NCBI GenBank assembly: GCA_963977015.1
Contig: CAXBMO010000047.1
Coordinates: forward strand, 1-19,472
DNA: 19,472 nucleotides
Reading direction: 5' to 3'
Source: an uncultured bacterium
Lineage (GTDB): Bacteria; Verrucomicrobiota; Verrucomicrobiia; Verrucomicrobiales; DEV007
The position numbers and the translations under genes are program-made. The first letter of the stretch is position 1; the number at the start of each line of letters is the position of its first letter. Shown here piece after piece: positions 19,082 through 19,472 of the stretch. The notes under the pieces are model-generated. The model did not search any database and was not told the DNA's origin. It saw nothing but the letters and a program-made list of their open reading frames with translations.

Positions 19082-19283
19082 CGGGCTGAAAGCCCGAGAG
19101 CGCAAAGCCGGGGTCTTCAGGCCCCGGAATTCGGATCGATCAGCCTTGCGGCCTTGAAAGGTCGCCAGCAATCATGGAGGAATGGAAACCTCGCGGGCGA
19201 CCATTCAGGCCGCACTGGCATTGGTGAAACGGTGAAACCGGGGCTGAAGCCCTGGCCTTTGTGCGGAGGGGCCTTCAGCCCCG
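19082..19283. repeat. Compound inverted repeat built from REP-like GGGCTGAAAGCCC-type hairpins
   Basis: Left arm 19082-19169 (CGGGCTGAAAGCCCG, CCGGGGTCTTCAGGCCCCGG, GCGGCCTTGAAAGGTCGC) is mirrored by right arm 19193-19283 (GCGACCATTCAGGCCGC, CCGGGGCTGAAGCCCTGG, GGGGCCTTCAGCCCC). Confidence 0.75.
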
Positions 19284-19320
19284 GATCATTCGATCGTCCG
19301 GCAAAGAGCGTTCGGTCGAT

Positions 19321-19405
19321 AACCTGTTCAGTAACGAGCCATTGGCGGCGATGGTGACCCAGCAGGTGGATCGCCTGCCGCCCCGCTTCAGATCGACGGG
19401 GATCG
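19321..19405 (+). pseudogene. Second, degenerate fragment of the HRDC C-terminal half
   Basis: 19321-19367 matches 18937-18983 at 42/47 nt (NLFSNEPLAAMVTQQV); weaker similarity continues to GATCGACGGGGATCG. Confidence 0.75.
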
Positions 19406-19472
19406 ACGGGGATCGAAGGGATCGAAGGGATCGAAGGGATCGAAGGGATCGAAGGGATCGAAGGGATCGAAG
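19391..19472. repeat. Short tandem repeat running off the window end
   Basis: 2 x GATCGACGGG (19391-19410), then 6 full copies and one 8-nt partial copy of GATCGAAGG (19411-19472). Confidence 0.97.

Noticed and set aside
18937-19367. The 47-nt direct repeat as a DGR TR/VR pair
   Set aside because: The differences (C/T, A/C, C/T, C/G, G/C) are not adenine-specific, and the repeat is HRDC coding sequence rather than the CLec 3' end.
19391-19472. CRISPR array or telomere-like repeat
   Set aside because: Units are 9-10 bp, head to tail, with no spacers and no cas genes; the unit is explained by the local HRDC sequence.
18272-19472. Reverse transcriptase, Avd or template repeat downstream of the VR
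   Set aside because: No YxDD-containing ORF, Avd-like ORF or AAC-rich copy of the VR found on either strand within the window.

Overview
Mostly GC-rich bacterial DNA, probably from the PVC superphylum (Verrucomicrobiota-like; inferred from gene content). Left to right: (i) the end of an AT-rich island with a hypothetical, possibly immunity-type gene (306-1139); (ii) a SAM-cycle locus, metK-ahcY, divergent from an ArsR-methyltransferase regulator (SahR type) with a candidate operator between them; (iii) ordinary genes: phosphodiester glycosidase, metallophosphoesterase, an ABC transporter cluster, acylphosphatase, DedA/VTT protein, hypotheticals and a PSD1/planctomycete cytochrome c protein; (iv) an accessory region from about 15060 to the end. 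Region (iv) is the most interesting. It encodes a receptor-like protein (DUF4062/TIR-like + nSTAND1 NTPase + one TM helix + FGE-sulfatase/C-type-lectin domain) whose last ~115 nt look like the variable region (VR) of a diversity-generating retroelement (DGR). A GC-rich stem-loop and a broken HRDC-type DGR accessory gene follow. No template repeat or reverse transcriptase is visible in the window, so the DGR call is an inference. The region also carries four palindromic insertions of apparently different sequence families: two REP-doublet-like elements inserted in frame in the NTPase domain, one ~200-bp hairpin splitting the HRDC gene, and one ~200-bp compound inverted repeat after it. The window ends in a second HRDC fragment that runs into a 9-bp tandem repeat. 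All family assignments come from reading motifs by eye; no database search was run.
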